A stretch of DNA of 64,000 nucleotides. It comes from Eledone cirrhosa. Taxonomy: Eukaryota. The notes beneath the pieces were generated by a model that was not told the origin of the DNA, did not search any database, and saw only the letters and a program-made list of their open reading frames with translations. The stretch spans positions 17,174,001-17,238,000 of the forward strand of contig OZ024740.1 of the NCBI GenBank assembly GCA_964016885.1, in the 5' to 3' direction. Positions 15,299-27,034 of the stretch are shown in pieces (the stretch's first letter is position 1; each line of letters starts with the position of its first letter). The translations under genes were made by a program, and so were the position numbers.

Positions 15299-15612
15299 TA
15301 CTTTATTTTATCGACCCCCGTAAGGATGAAAGGCAAAGTTAACCTCAAGAATGGCAAGGGCCGTAACTATGCGTCAAAGCATAGCGTCCGACCCTCTACC
15401 GATACTGCCAATTCACCGCCTTACTAAACAATAAGTAAGGCGGTGAATTGGCAGTATCGGTAGAGGGTCGGACGCTATGCTTTGACGCATAGTTACGGCC
15501 CTTGCCATTCTTGAGGTTAACTTTGCCTTTCATCCTTATGGGGTCGATAAAATAAAGTACCAGTAATGCACTGGGTAATTGCTGGCCTTGTGCCAAAAAG
15601 TAGAAACAATTA
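15299..15612. mobile_element. SINE family A in a head-to-head palindrome (minus arm 15299-15425; plus copy from 15434)
   Basis: Arms near-identical, 8-nt spacer AAACAATA; both lack the B-box segment. Confidence 0.92.
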
Positions 15613-16007
15613 TTGTTCAGTAGTCTTATTTCCATTGTCTGCTTTCACTGCTCTACTGAGCACAGTTCTGTGGGCCTTGGTCATGTGCAGTGCTTTATTT
15701 TGTATTTTCTATCATAATAGACATGGAATGCTTAATTGTGAAATGTGCTGTATATTGTGGATGTGTGTAAGCCATCATGTACTCTACAAAAAGTATGTGC
15801 AGTGGTTAGTACTGCTAATTTTTGTTGTACATATCTGTAGGTATTGGAGTTTTGGTTATGTATTTTTCTGCTTGTTCTTTAATCATTCACAAAACACTTA
15901 TAGGGATTGTCTCTGTTTTTAGTCATTTCTAGATCTGTATATTTGGATAATTCTTCCATTTATTTTAGAGACACATTATAATTTATTGGGACTGATATGT
16001 TAATTAA

Positions 16008-16210
16008 CCCTTTAATGTTCAAACCGGCCAAAACCGGCCAGAATTCTCTACCTTTTTTTTTTTGTTGAAACTGGCTGTAACTGGTCATTCAAACTGATGT
16101 TAAGGTATTGTTCTCAAAATAAATACTTTCAAAATCTCAGATTCGATATTATGTGAGATAAAGCATTTACCATGAAAATATAATAGTATATATAGAGTAA
16201 TGTGAATACT
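16008..16210. mobile_element. piggyBac-like MITE P1, right terminus lost
   Basis: TTAA|CCCTTTAATGTTC start, body homologous to 39075-39282, stops at GTGAATACT. Confidence 0.75.
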
Positions 16211-16571
16211 CTTAAGAGTTACTTCCTTTCCTGGTGGTCTTTGATTACAATATCTTGTCAGTTAGCTTTGACCTTCCTACCTCTGTACATCTTCACAGTA
16301 TAGTTGTTTTGTCATTCTCTTTTCCTTTGAATTCTTATACCTTCTACTGTTAGTTGAGTAGACAATATCAATATTTTGGTGTCTGTGAAACATACACCGA
16401 GTCCGAACACAAAGGAACCAAAGTCTCACTGTCACTTCTTCCGTCTCTCTCGCTCCCCCCATCTCTCACTATTATGAGCAAAAGGGGGCCCGCGTGCTAG
16501 CCGCCCTGGTGGACAGAATAAAGAAGGCATTTCCCTGGTGGATGGTGAGGGAGTGGAATGCTGGCAGAACC

Positions 16572-17986
16572 AGATTTAGCTTAGATTAAGGTGAGATTTA
16601 GCTTATATTTAGGTTAGATTTAGGTGAGATTTAGCTTAGATTTAGGTGAGAATTAGCTTAGACTTAGCTTATATTTAGGTGAGATTTAGTTTAGATTTAG
16701 CTTAGATTTAGTTGAGATTTACCTTATATTTAGCTTAGATTTAGGTGAGATTTAGATTATATTTAGCTTAGATTTAGGTGAGATTTAGCTTATATTTACC
16801 TTATATTTAGCTTAGATTTAGGTGAGATCTAGCTGAGATTTAGGTTATATTTAGCTTATATTTAGCTTATACTTAGCTCAGATATAGGTGAGATTTCGCT
16901 TATATTTAGCTTAGATTTAGGTGAGATTTAGCTTATATTTAGCTTAGATTTAGGTGAGATTCAGCTTATATTTAGCTTAGATTTAGGTGATATTTAGCTT
17001 AGATTTAGCTTATATTTAGGTGAGATTTAGCTTATATTTAGCTTAGATTGAGGTGAGATTTAGGTTAGATGTAGCTTAGATTTAGGTGAGATTTAGCTTA
17101 TATTTAGCATGGATTTAGATGAGATTTAGCTTACATTTAGCTTAGATTTAGGTGAGATTTAGATTATATTTAGCTTATATTTAGCATAGATTTAGCTTAT
17201 ATTTAGGTGAGATTTAGGTGAGGTTTAGCTTATATTTAGCTTTGATTTAGATGAGATTTAGGTGAGTTTTAACTTAGATTTAGCTTAGATTAAGGTGAGA
17301 TTTAGCTTATATTTAGCTTAGATTTAGGTGAGATTTAGCTTATATTTAGCTTAGATTTAGGTGAGATCTAGCTGAGATTTAGCTTAAATTTGGGTGAGAT
17401 TTAGGTTATATTTAGCTTATATTTAGCTTATACTTAGCTCAGATATAGGTGAGATTTCGCTTATATTTAGCTTAGATTTAGGTGAGATTTAGCTTATATT
17501 TAGGTGAGATTCAGCTTATATTTAGCTTAGATTTAGGTGATATTTAGCTTAGATTTAGCTTATATTTAGGTGAGATTTAACTTAGATTTAGCTAAGATTT
17601 AGGGTAGATTTAGCTTATATTTAGCTTATATTTAGGTGAGATTTAGCTTATATTTAGCTTAGATTGAGGTGAGATTTAGGTTAGATGTAGCTTAGATTTA
17701 GGTGAGATTTAGATTATATTTAGCTTATATTTAGCTTATATTTAGGTGAGATTTAGGTGAGGTTTAGCTTATATTTAGCTTTGATTTAGATGAGATTTAG
17801 GTGAGTTTTAACTTAGATTTAGCTTAGATTAAGGTGAGATTTAGCTTATATTTAGCTTAGATTTAGGTGAGATTTAGCTTAGATTTAGGTGAGAATTAGC
17901 TTAGATTTAGCTTATATTTAGGTGAGATTTAGTTTAGATTTAGCTTAGATTTAGTTGAGATTTACCTTACATTTAGCTTAGATTTA
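16572..17986. repeat. 11-bp tandem repeat A(G/T)ATTTAG(C/G)T(T/G) with higher-order structure
   Basis: Unit read directly; rare variant ACTTAGCTCAGATATAGG recurs at 16871 and 17432 (561 bp = 51 units). Confidence 0.95.
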
Positions 17987-18894
17987 TTCCAGCTTGCCAG
18001 GCTCACACCTACAGGTAACCAACTCCGTGCCGATGGTTGTGTATATGGAGGTGGTCCTAGGGTCAAGGACACCAGAAATCTCCACTGCTAGTCTCTCTAT
18101 ACTTATTCCTAAGAATTCTGGTAGTTCCACTATACCCCACCACCATTTTTGTTGTTCTAAATAATTCTGGTAGTTCCAAAACAAGGTTTTAATTTCTATT
18201 GATCATTGTCAGCCATTGACCTATTTGTTGCTATAGTTACCAAGACTTCATTAAATTTGTTGGATTAATGAATATTTGTTGCCAACTTTGTTTCCCCAAC
18301 ATTCTTCTTGATGTGTATATGTGCATATGCTTGTGTGTGTGTGTTTGTGTATTTGTGTGTGTGTGTTTATGTGTATCTGTGTTTAGGTTATTTTTGTATG
18401 TTTTTCATATGTATGTGTCTCTGTGTTTAAGTTAATTTGTGTGTGTGTATGTGTCTCCAGGTTTGTTAGTGTATGTGTATGTCTCCATGTTTGTTAGTTT
18501 ATGTGTATGTGCTTTCTGATGTATGTGTCAGAATGTGTTTGTATTTAATTCTTGTTGCAACATTTTTATTGACTTTGGTAAGTTATTCCGATATTTTCTT
18601 ACCATTTCTATTTACTTAAAGAATTCTTTCATCAGATTATCTCTCCATCTACATCAACCACCAAACAACAACATTACAACAACACTACAACAACATTACA
18701 ACACTACAACCACCAAACAACAACAACACTACAACCACCAAACAACAACACTACAACAACAATACATCTCACACCACATGCAACAACCCTACAACGACCA
18801 ACCAACAACCCTGTTATGTGTTCAAACCAATATATGTTTGTGATGCTACATTTTTCCTGCTTTGTTCATGACTAATGTGACTGATAGTTTCTAG

Positions 18895-19060
18895 CAGAGA
18901 TCCATTGAAGTGACCAGTAGCAAGTGAACAGATCTTTAGCTGGCCTATCAAAATATATCACACACCATCTGTTTACAGAGATCCATTGAAGTGACCAGTA
19001 GCAAGTGAACAGATCTTTAACTGGCCTATCAAAATATATCACACACCATCTGTTTACAGA
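18895..19060. repeat. 81-bp tandem duplication
   Basis: Copies start at 18895 and 18976, one mismatch seen, CAGA microhomology at the ends. Confidence 0.92.
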
Positions 19061-19689
19061 AGAAATATTTATAATCGATTTCCCCATTACTTTAGTCTTT
19101 TGTTTTTAGTTTGCAGTTGTATATTTCTCAAATATGTAATGTCTTGTTATAGTTGACACCTATATAGGTTTAGCTGGCCTTCTGTGGAGTGGCATCTCAT
19201 AGGAGGGGGTTTTTTTGTCTGGTTTTAAAGATAAGGACTTCTAGATTTATCATGAATATGCACGGTACAATGTATTTTGTAAGGTATTTTAGCAAGATAA
19301 TGACTGGTTGATCTCTCCAAACATATATATCAGAGTAGACTGGGTGTGTCATATTGTGACATCTTTACCAGAAATGTCTGAAGAGGATAATTTTATACTA
19401 AACAATAATAACGATCTTTTGTTCCAGATAATTTTATATGATAATGAAGTATAAGGATGTGTGTCACAGGTGTGTATAGGTATTGATTTCAAATATCTTG
19501 TATAGAGAACTTATAGATATATTGATCTTGCTAGTTGATTGGATAGCCTGGTGATTGGACAGGTTTAGTTAATCTTAAGATCACAGATTCTAATTCCATT
19601 AAACATGCTATATTTCAACTTGATCAGACCTTTTTCACTTGTTTTATACAATAATCTTCTTTTTCTTTTTCCTTTCCCACTTATTTCTG

Positions 19690-20080
19690 GGAGAACATGG
19701 GGGCAGTCCTCAAATATGCCTTCCAGCAGGTCCTGTCAGAAGCAACTATATCCAGTTGATCTGGCTAGAGCCCCATGTGAGATCAACCAAGCTCATGGAT
19801 ATTATCTAACTATTTTGCTCAGGGTCTCCCCCTGTGTCTCCTGCCAATTGGTTTTGCTCCATAAAATCTGTCCAGTCCAGTGATTCTTTCCCAAGACATT
19901 CTAACACGTCTGTTTTATCGGAGCTATGAACTCTCAATTCTGAGAAGTAGCAGCTCTATCTGGAGCAAATCTTTGATCTCCGAGCTATGCACCCTATTGA
20001 GTAACATTACACCAAATACCTTTCGGAGGAAACCCTATTTTGGCTGCTTGTATTCGTGATTGTATCCTTTCAGTCATTAC
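19690..20080 (-). pseudogene. Decayed RTE-clade (Rex3/Expander-like) LINE, RT C-terminal fragment
   Basis: Manual minus-strand translation: VMTERIQSRIQAA..FLRK ... IELLLLRIESS*LR ... AKPIGRRHRGRP..LDNI, with stops and frameshifts. Confidence 0.75.
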
Positions 20081-20387
20081 TTTACTTTATATAATAATAC
20101 ATTACTTAAAATCGAGCTAGTATGTTAGGTTTATTGTATGTTAAGTGAGGTTGATCATCTGGCAAAGTGGTCAAGTGGGGTGTATATTTTTCTGGGATGG
20201 CAAAGTTTGTCTTCTACTGTGATACAACACATTTTAATTTTCAACAATTCATAAATAACTGTTCCATCAAATCATAATCACTTGTTTAGTCATGCTAGTA
20301 TTGAGATGAACAAGATCTATTAATAGAGCAAACATTTCAATGGGTAATAGAAGACAGATGACTTTAATCAATGGTACCTGCTCTCAG

Positions 20388-20430
<43 letters not shown>

Positions 20431-20432
<2 letters not shown>

Positions 20433-20530
20433 GGGTGTCCCCCAAAAATGTATACACACTTTGATTATCTGTACAGCCAATATCTATTAGAATGCTGTTG
20501 AAGTGGTATACATTTTTGGGGGACACCCTG
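20431..20530. mobile_element. 100-bp Tc1/mariner-type MITE
   Basis: TIRs CAGGGTGTCCCCCAAAAATGTATAC / GTATACATTTTTGGGGGACACCCTG (25 bp perfect, extends imperfectly); right flank TA, embedded in TA/CA microsatellite. Confidence 0.88.
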
Positions 20531-20639
20531 TATATATAGATAGATATAGTATCAGATTAAATTCCTTGCACTATTCAGTATTATCTCTCTCTGCTCTGTT
20601 TTCAAATCCTGTCAAATCCGATCAACTATACTTTTCATC

Positions 20640-20982
20640 TTTTCTTTCTGGTTCTGAGTTCAAATCCCACTGCAGACAATTTTGCCTTTCATTCATACAA
20701 AGTTTGATAACATAAAGTACCAGTCAAATACTGAGGTAGATTTAATCATCTATCCCCCCCCCCCCAAAAAAAAAATGGCTTTGTTCCAGTGTTAGAAATA
20801 ATAATTATTATTAAGTAGAGATTACGGCCCTTTATGTTCTGAGTTCAAATCCTGCCGAGGTTAGCTTTGCTTTTCATCCTTATGGGGTCAGTAAAATAAA
20901 GTACCAGTAACACACTGGGGTTGATTTAATTGACTTTCCTCTCCCCTAAAATTGTTGGCCTTGTCCCTAAATCAGAAACTGT
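20640..20982 (+). mobile_element. Two tandem 5'-truncated SINE family A copies
   Basis: Two GAGTTCAAATCC...TTTCAT...AAAGTACCAG...TAGAAA units separated by an ATT tail. Confidence 0.8.
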
Positions 20983-21619
20983 TATAGAGTTGCAGGATTG
21001 GTGGTACCAGTAAAACACCTTACAATATTTAGTTGTATTCTTGTGTTCTATATTCAGTGTTATCAGATTGGACCTTACCTTCTTATTGCATTATTATTGT
21101 TGATCCCTTGATTGGACAGAACTATCATGAAATGCGTTTCAGTTAGAAGCATCCTTATATAGGATTTCTATAATTAGAGGTAGTAAAAAAGAAAAAAAAA
21201 CTTTAGACAGAGCTGGCTAACTGAAGGTTTTCAGAAAAAGACAACCCTCTCTCCATACAGGGGTTTTGACCCTTTGATTTGGATTTTATTTGTGTAAATA
21301 CTTAAAAGTTCTTTCATTGGCCCCTCATAGAGGCTTCTTTTTATAAAACAAGTACCAAATACTAATTACATATTGGATTTAATCAACTATGCTTTCCCTT
21401 AAAATCTGTATCCTTGAACTTCACTTAAAAATCAATAGTTATTACAGCTGGTTTCATTCGACTGTAACCTCTACTAAATTCATTATTGTAACAGCAGGTG
21501 TCATTGTTGTGAATGTCTTATTCTATTTGCTAGGGCTAAAGAAAGGCTTGTTGTCCATTGCTTTCACAGTCTCTCCAATGCCAACATTACTCATTCTCAT
21601 GCCAGAATTCCGTTTTATT

Positions 21620-21800
21620 AATCATTTTTCTACGTCTGTTTTCCATGCTGGCATGAATTGGGTCACCACAATCCATGACAAGTCAAAGAACTACATCTTC
21701 CTCATATGCTTTATTTGTGGCACGGTGTCTATAACTGGGTGCACTTCCTGATGCCAACCATCTTATGGAGTGTACTGGGTGTATTTTCTTGTGGTTCCAA
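21620..21800 (-). mobile_element. Degenerate RTE-tail/SINE-B 3' fragment
   Basis: ACGTCTGTTTTCCATGCTGGCATG tail and GGTGCACTTCCTGATGCCAACC, homologous to 41130-41280. Confidence 0.6.
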
Positions 21801-23043
21801 CACTGAGTTTACCTTGTCTCCTGCAAGACTAAGGCGATAATTACTACCCAACATATTCTCCTCTCATTCAAGGCACATGGCAATTAGGGTGAACAGAGGA
21901 GAGAGCTCAACAGAAGTACGTAGGTAAAGAGGCAAGGGATGTGAGAGCATGGTGACCAAAAACTCAACACACACAGACATGGAATAAACTATGCAAGTAA
22001 CCTGGAGATACCTCTTAAACAATTTTGAAGACGATGACTTAATGATGATGATTTAATGTGGGTACATGTGGCAACAATGCACTGTTATCACCACATCATT
22101 TAGAAGCTGAAGCTGAGAAAATCTCTAAATATTAATGGACTTAAGAATGTTATTGTTCCTAACTTAATATAAAGGTCTAAGAAAATATGAAAAGTTATTA
22201 ATAAAAGACATTAAACTTAAACATAGTCGTGTCTTAAATATAAGGTTCGAAAGAAAAACTGTTCTTAATACATACGTATGTATGTGTAGGTGTGTATGTA
22301 TGTATGTGTAGGTGTGTACGTACGTACGTACGTACGTATGTATGTATGTACGTATGTATGTATGCTTGTTGAGGAGGGTGATATTTGAACACCCTGCAGG
22401 ATGAAATACAAGACCTAGCAAATGGCGGAGGAACTCAGCAGAGTCAACGACTATCCAAATAGCACTTTTTTTAAATTTCACCTGGGAGTGAAAGGCCCTC
22501 AGTTGTTGTCACAACACCTTTCTACGAAATGGAAACTCTGAAAAAAGAAACCGACGGCTTCGGAAACATCCGATGATGTTGACTAGTTCTCCTTTTCGGG
22601 TAGTGTTTTCGATGCTCAGAGAGTGGGATTGGTCGAGTGCAAGGCCTTTCCCCACCTTCAAAGCACAGGCATTACTTGTTCAAGATCTGTTTTGTGTGGC
22701 TGGCTGTAGCCTCAAGATACACCATTTTCTGTAATCTGACAATTGATTGTAATACTCTTAGAGTTTGCAGCCATTGTATGTGTAGGTGTGTGTATACATA
22801 TATATATATATATGGACCTGTAACGCCTAGTGCAGCTGTAGGGGCACCATGGTAACATACACCATATTTTGGGCATTTTTAAAAACCTGCTGGAGCTCAT
22901 CCTCTCACCAGGTCTGGAAACAGCAAATTTCTTCCAGAGAATGATAGAGAGAGGAAATAAGAGATTTAGAAGAATCAACCCTAGTACCGGACTGGTACTT
23001 TTTTATCGACCTTGAAAGGATGAAAAAATAATTTTGAGATAGA

Positions 23044-23384
23044 GGCACATGGCTTAGTGGTTAGAGCATTGGCCTTGCAATCAAAAGGTTGTGAGTTCAA
23101 TTCTCAGACCGGGTGATGTGTTGTTTCCTTGAGCAAGGCACTTTATTTCACATTGCTCCAGTTTACTCAGCTGTAGAAATGAGATGATAGGGATTGGGGT
23201 CCCTATCATTCCACTGCAAAGTGGTCGTGGAGGTGCCACGGCAAAAAAGCACCCAGCACTCACTGTAAATGAGGTTGGTGTTAGGAAGGGCATCCAGCTG
23301 TAGAAATCAAGCCAGAATCAGTTCCCGTCCCACCCTTGCAAGCAGGGAAAAGTGGACGTAAAATGAGATGATGATGATGATGAT
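23044..23384 (+). mobile_element. tRNA-derived SINE family B, full length, short RTE-type tail
   Basis: A box TGGCTTAGTGG, B box GTTCAATTC, CCTTGAGCAAG(G/A)CACTT core, internal hairpin ATGATAGGGA-TCCCTATCAT, tail CCCGTCCCACCCTTGCAAGCAGGGAAAAG..(GAT)n; TSD GATAGAG. Confidence 0.92.
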
Positions 23385-23590
23385 GATAGAGTGTCCGTGC
23401 TGTTCAAACAGCACGGACACTCTATCTCAAAATTATTTTTGAAAAGCATTTAGAAATGCGCAACCGGTAAAAACTTAAAAACTTAAAACCACAACTGAAT
23501 ACTAACCCATACAATCACTAATACTCTTTTATTCCTAATTAAACCATTTTTCAACTGTGAACAATTTGTCAGCATTTTCTATTCCGTTTA

Positions 23591-23637
<47 letters not shown>

Positions 23638-23762
23638 TCTGAGTTCAAAACCCACCATAGTCAACTTTGGCTTTCATCGTTTCATCCCAACTCTCAAGCG
23701 TGAAACTAAAAACCATATCATTTGTACTGCCTCTCTGTTTTTTGTTCTCTGTTCATTTATTA

Positions 23763-23812
<50 letters not shown>

Positions 23813-24009
23813 TACGTTAAATATTTTCCATCTTGACGTTATAGTCACTTATATATTATGAAATACTGTTGGCTTCTTGCTCACATTAATTTCTCTATTT
23901 TCATTTATATATATATATATATATATAGTGAAAAAAAGTGTGGACGTTAGAAAACGTTCTGTATAGATGACATTATATAAGGAATTCTTATCATTCTCCT
24001 CATATATAT

Positions 24010-24302
24010 TAAACCTACAGTCAGTAGGCACCTCTTAACCTAATATACACCCCACCCCACCTAATCCATCCTCCCACTTCCACCCATGCCACCCTTTCTC
24101 TGTAAAGTTGTTGGTACCACAAAATATCCAGTCCACATTGTAAATGTTTGTTGGTGTTAGGAAGGGATCCAGCCATAGAAAACTTGCCAGAAACAGTTCT
24201 ATACAAGCGAGACACGGTTATCCAACCAATCTTGCCTCAAGTGGGACAATCCTGTCTAACCCATGCTAGCGTGGAAGATGGACGTTAAACGATGATGATG
24301 AT
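24010..24302 (+). mobile_element. RTE subfamily 1 3'UTR fragment with (GAT)n tail
   Basis: Homologous to 46290-46667 and to the reverse complement of 41113-41508. Confidence 0.85.
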
Positions 24303-24392
24303 ATGTGTGTGTGTGTTAAGTACTGACTTGGTCTGTGTCACCCCATTCAACCCACGCTAGCAGGGAAAAAGGACTGATATTAAGTTATGATG

Positions 24393-24440
<48 letters not shown>

Positions 24441-24708
24441 TCAGTATTTATCTTTTGTGTCAAAATTTGCTGTGACCTAAATCTAATTGCAAGATAGGCA
24501 TTTCAATAGATTGGTCCCTGTGGGTCTGAAGTCCTTCCTATATTAACCCAGCCTAGATTTATTAAACATAGTTTTTTGGTTTTTATTATTATTAACATAT
24601 GTTACTTATAAATGACTCTATGTATAGTTTTCTGTAGGTAAACTAGCTTTCTTATCACAGGTCACTGCTCTCAGAAAATACTTCAAATATCATATATATA
24701 TATGTGAA

Positions 24709-25146
24709 GGTGCATGGCTTAGTGGTTAGAGCATTGGGCTTGCAATCAAAAGGTTGTGAGTTCAATTCTCAGAGTGGGTGATGTGTTGTTTCCTTGAGCA
24801 AGACACTTTATTTCACATTGCTCCAGTTTACTCAGCTGTAGAAATGAGATGATAGGATTGGGGTCCCTATCATTCCACTGCAAAGTGGTCGTGGAGGTGC
24901 CACGGCAAAAAAGCACCCAGCCCACACTGTAAAGTGGTCATGGAGGTGCCACGGCAAAAAAGCACCCAGCCCACACTGTAAATGAGGTTGGTGTTAGGAA
25001 GGGCACCCAGCTATAGAAATCAAGCCAGAATCAGTTCCCGTATGAGCAAGACAAGGTCAGCCGACTGGACACTGCTCACAACAGGACAACCCGTCTAACC
25101 CATGTTACCATGGAAGAACGGACGTAAAACGGTGATGCTGATGATG
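24709..25146 (+). mobile_element. SINE family B, long-tail variant with an internal 49-bp tandem duplication
   Basis: Same head as 23044; CACTG(C/T)AAAGTGGTC...CCCA repeated at 24876 and 24925; tail CCCGTCTAACCCATG..GGACGTAAAAC. Confidence 0.9.
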
Positions 25147-25233
25147 TAGCATAAGAATGGTGAACCTCTGCATTGTGGCTTGGCCTGATATAAAGAGGTC
25201 AACTTACCTTCAAATTACATCTTACTGTCTTAA

Positions 25234-25798
25234 CCCTTTTCCCTTTTGTTATCTTTCCAATGGAAGACACTTCCTATTATTTTCAGTATTTATTTTTAGG
25301 ATATAATTACATAAATGTTCAGCATATATGTACAAATGAAATACGGGATTAGATTAAATGTATGAGTAACTTTGGTAAAATAACTATTTGCGGTAATAAA
25401 TGTAGCATTTTGATATTAAGAATTTAAAGTGATTTAATAATTGTTTCTACTTTTGGTACAAGGCCAGCAATTATCCCAGTGTATTACTGGTACTTTATTT
25501 TATTGACCCTGTAAGGATGAAAGGCAAAGTTAACCTCGGCGGGATTTGAACTCGTACCATAAAGGGTCATAACTCTTTGCTGCAAAGCATAGCATCCGAG
25601 CCTCTACCGATACTGCCAATCCAATTTATTAATGTAACTAAATTTCTCATTATTAAGCTGGTATTTGGAACAAAACTTAACAAAGGTTCTCCCCTAAAAT
25701 TATGAAAGGAGGAATTTAGATAAATATAAACACTTAAAAATAAACAATTTGGTATTTTAGAACCAGGGACAGTTTCAAGCAGTTTGGTTTCAAAGGGG
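25234..25798. mobile_element. piggyBac-like MITE, family P2, containing a nested SINE
   Basis: TTAA|CCCTTTT ... CAAAGGGG|TTAA. Confidence 0.6.
25437..25622 (-). mobile_element. SINE family A nested in MITE P2
   Basis: Reverse complement of the family A sequence (GGATGAAAGGCAAAGTTAACCTCGGCGGGATTTGAACTC). Confidence 0.9.
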
Positions 25799-26299
25799 TT
25801 AAATAAGTAAAGAAAAACTTAGATCAAGGGCTCTTTTTTAACATGTGTACCCTGTTATAACTTTTCAAAAGTTTACCCCTATCCCGTTGAGTTTATATCT
25901 CTACAGCAAATGACAAAAGAGGAACATTGATAAAATGTTTTTAATGTGAACACATCCATCAATGGGACTCAATATTGGAGATTCTCATATAATTGAAAAA
26001 ATATGTACAACATAAAATGGAGGCAGGACTTATACATGAGTATATAAGTAAAATGGAGGTAGGACATTACGTAAGTATGTAGAAAGTTCAAGTAAAAAAA
26101 AAATGACAGCCATCATTTGCAATTGAGTATGACTTGGTAGCATGTCTGACACTTTTACTAAAGATTTTAGATTTGAGACACCCATGCTGTTGTGAGTAGA
26201 CACAGACACCAACTCAACTCTCCTTCCATTGATCCAGCAGAAACATCTAGGATGTAATAACTGGAAGGAGATAGAGAGCTGCATGAGTACCGGGTTTGT

Positions 26300-26470
26300 G
26301 GCATTGGGCTTGCAATTAAGAGGTTGTGAGTTCGATTCTCGGACTGGGTGATGCATCCTTGAGCAAGACACTTTACTCAGCTGTAGAAATGTAACAGTAT
26401 TAAACTTTGGGGTTCCCCGAAAAGTTTCTGAACCAAAAGGGTTATGTTTGAAAAAGTTTAGGAAATCCTG
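26300..26470. mobile_element. SINE B 5' fragment (+) fused to an inverted hAT-like end (26392-26470)
   Basis: GCATTGGGCTTGCAAT..GTTCGATTCTC..CCTTGAGCAAGACACT, then the reverse complement of 14453-14545. Confidence 0.7.
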
Positions 26471-27034
26471 GTTTAGATTAATGTAATCCTACATACCCAT
26501 TAATTTGGCTGCTATTTTTAGCAAGCCTAGTAATCACATAGAGGCTCATATATTCTTCAGTTTTGTTTTTAAATGTGTGAAATGTTTGTTTGACAACAGA
26601 TTCTCAATTTACCATAAGCAAGTACAATGACACCAGTTTTTTTAATTTTATTTTCTGATCAGAAATTAAAATTTTCATATGAAGTGTTCTTATTAATTTA
26701 AGAATTGCTAACGTTGACCTTAGTTTTAGCAATTGGAACTTATTTAGCTATAATTAATTAATAAGCTATATATATTTTTTTTTAATGGTTTTTCTGTTTT
26801 TGTTGTTTATGTAATTTTTTTCTTTTTTTTTTTTCTTTCCAATTAAATTTATCATTTTCTTTCATAAACATAAAACTTTGGATTAACGAGGGTGTGGGCT
26901 AGATGAGTGAAATTATGACACTTCGGCCTTTTGTCAAGGTCAAAGGTCGGTTTTGACGTAAGAAGCACCCTTCCCACTCTTTCAAAGTGTCAACAAAAAA
27001 TAGTTCATTAATTCATTTTCACACTCATAATGGT

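Noticed and set aside
22482-22537. Minus-strand exon-like segment (TTTCTTTTTTCAG acceptor, CAG|GTGAAA donor)
   Set aside because: Stop codons in all three frames; a non-coding exon cannot be supported without transcripts.
23044-23115. tRNA gene in the SINE B head (also 24709, 44370)
   Set aside because: A and B boxes present but acceptor and anticodon stems do not pair; continues into SINE body.
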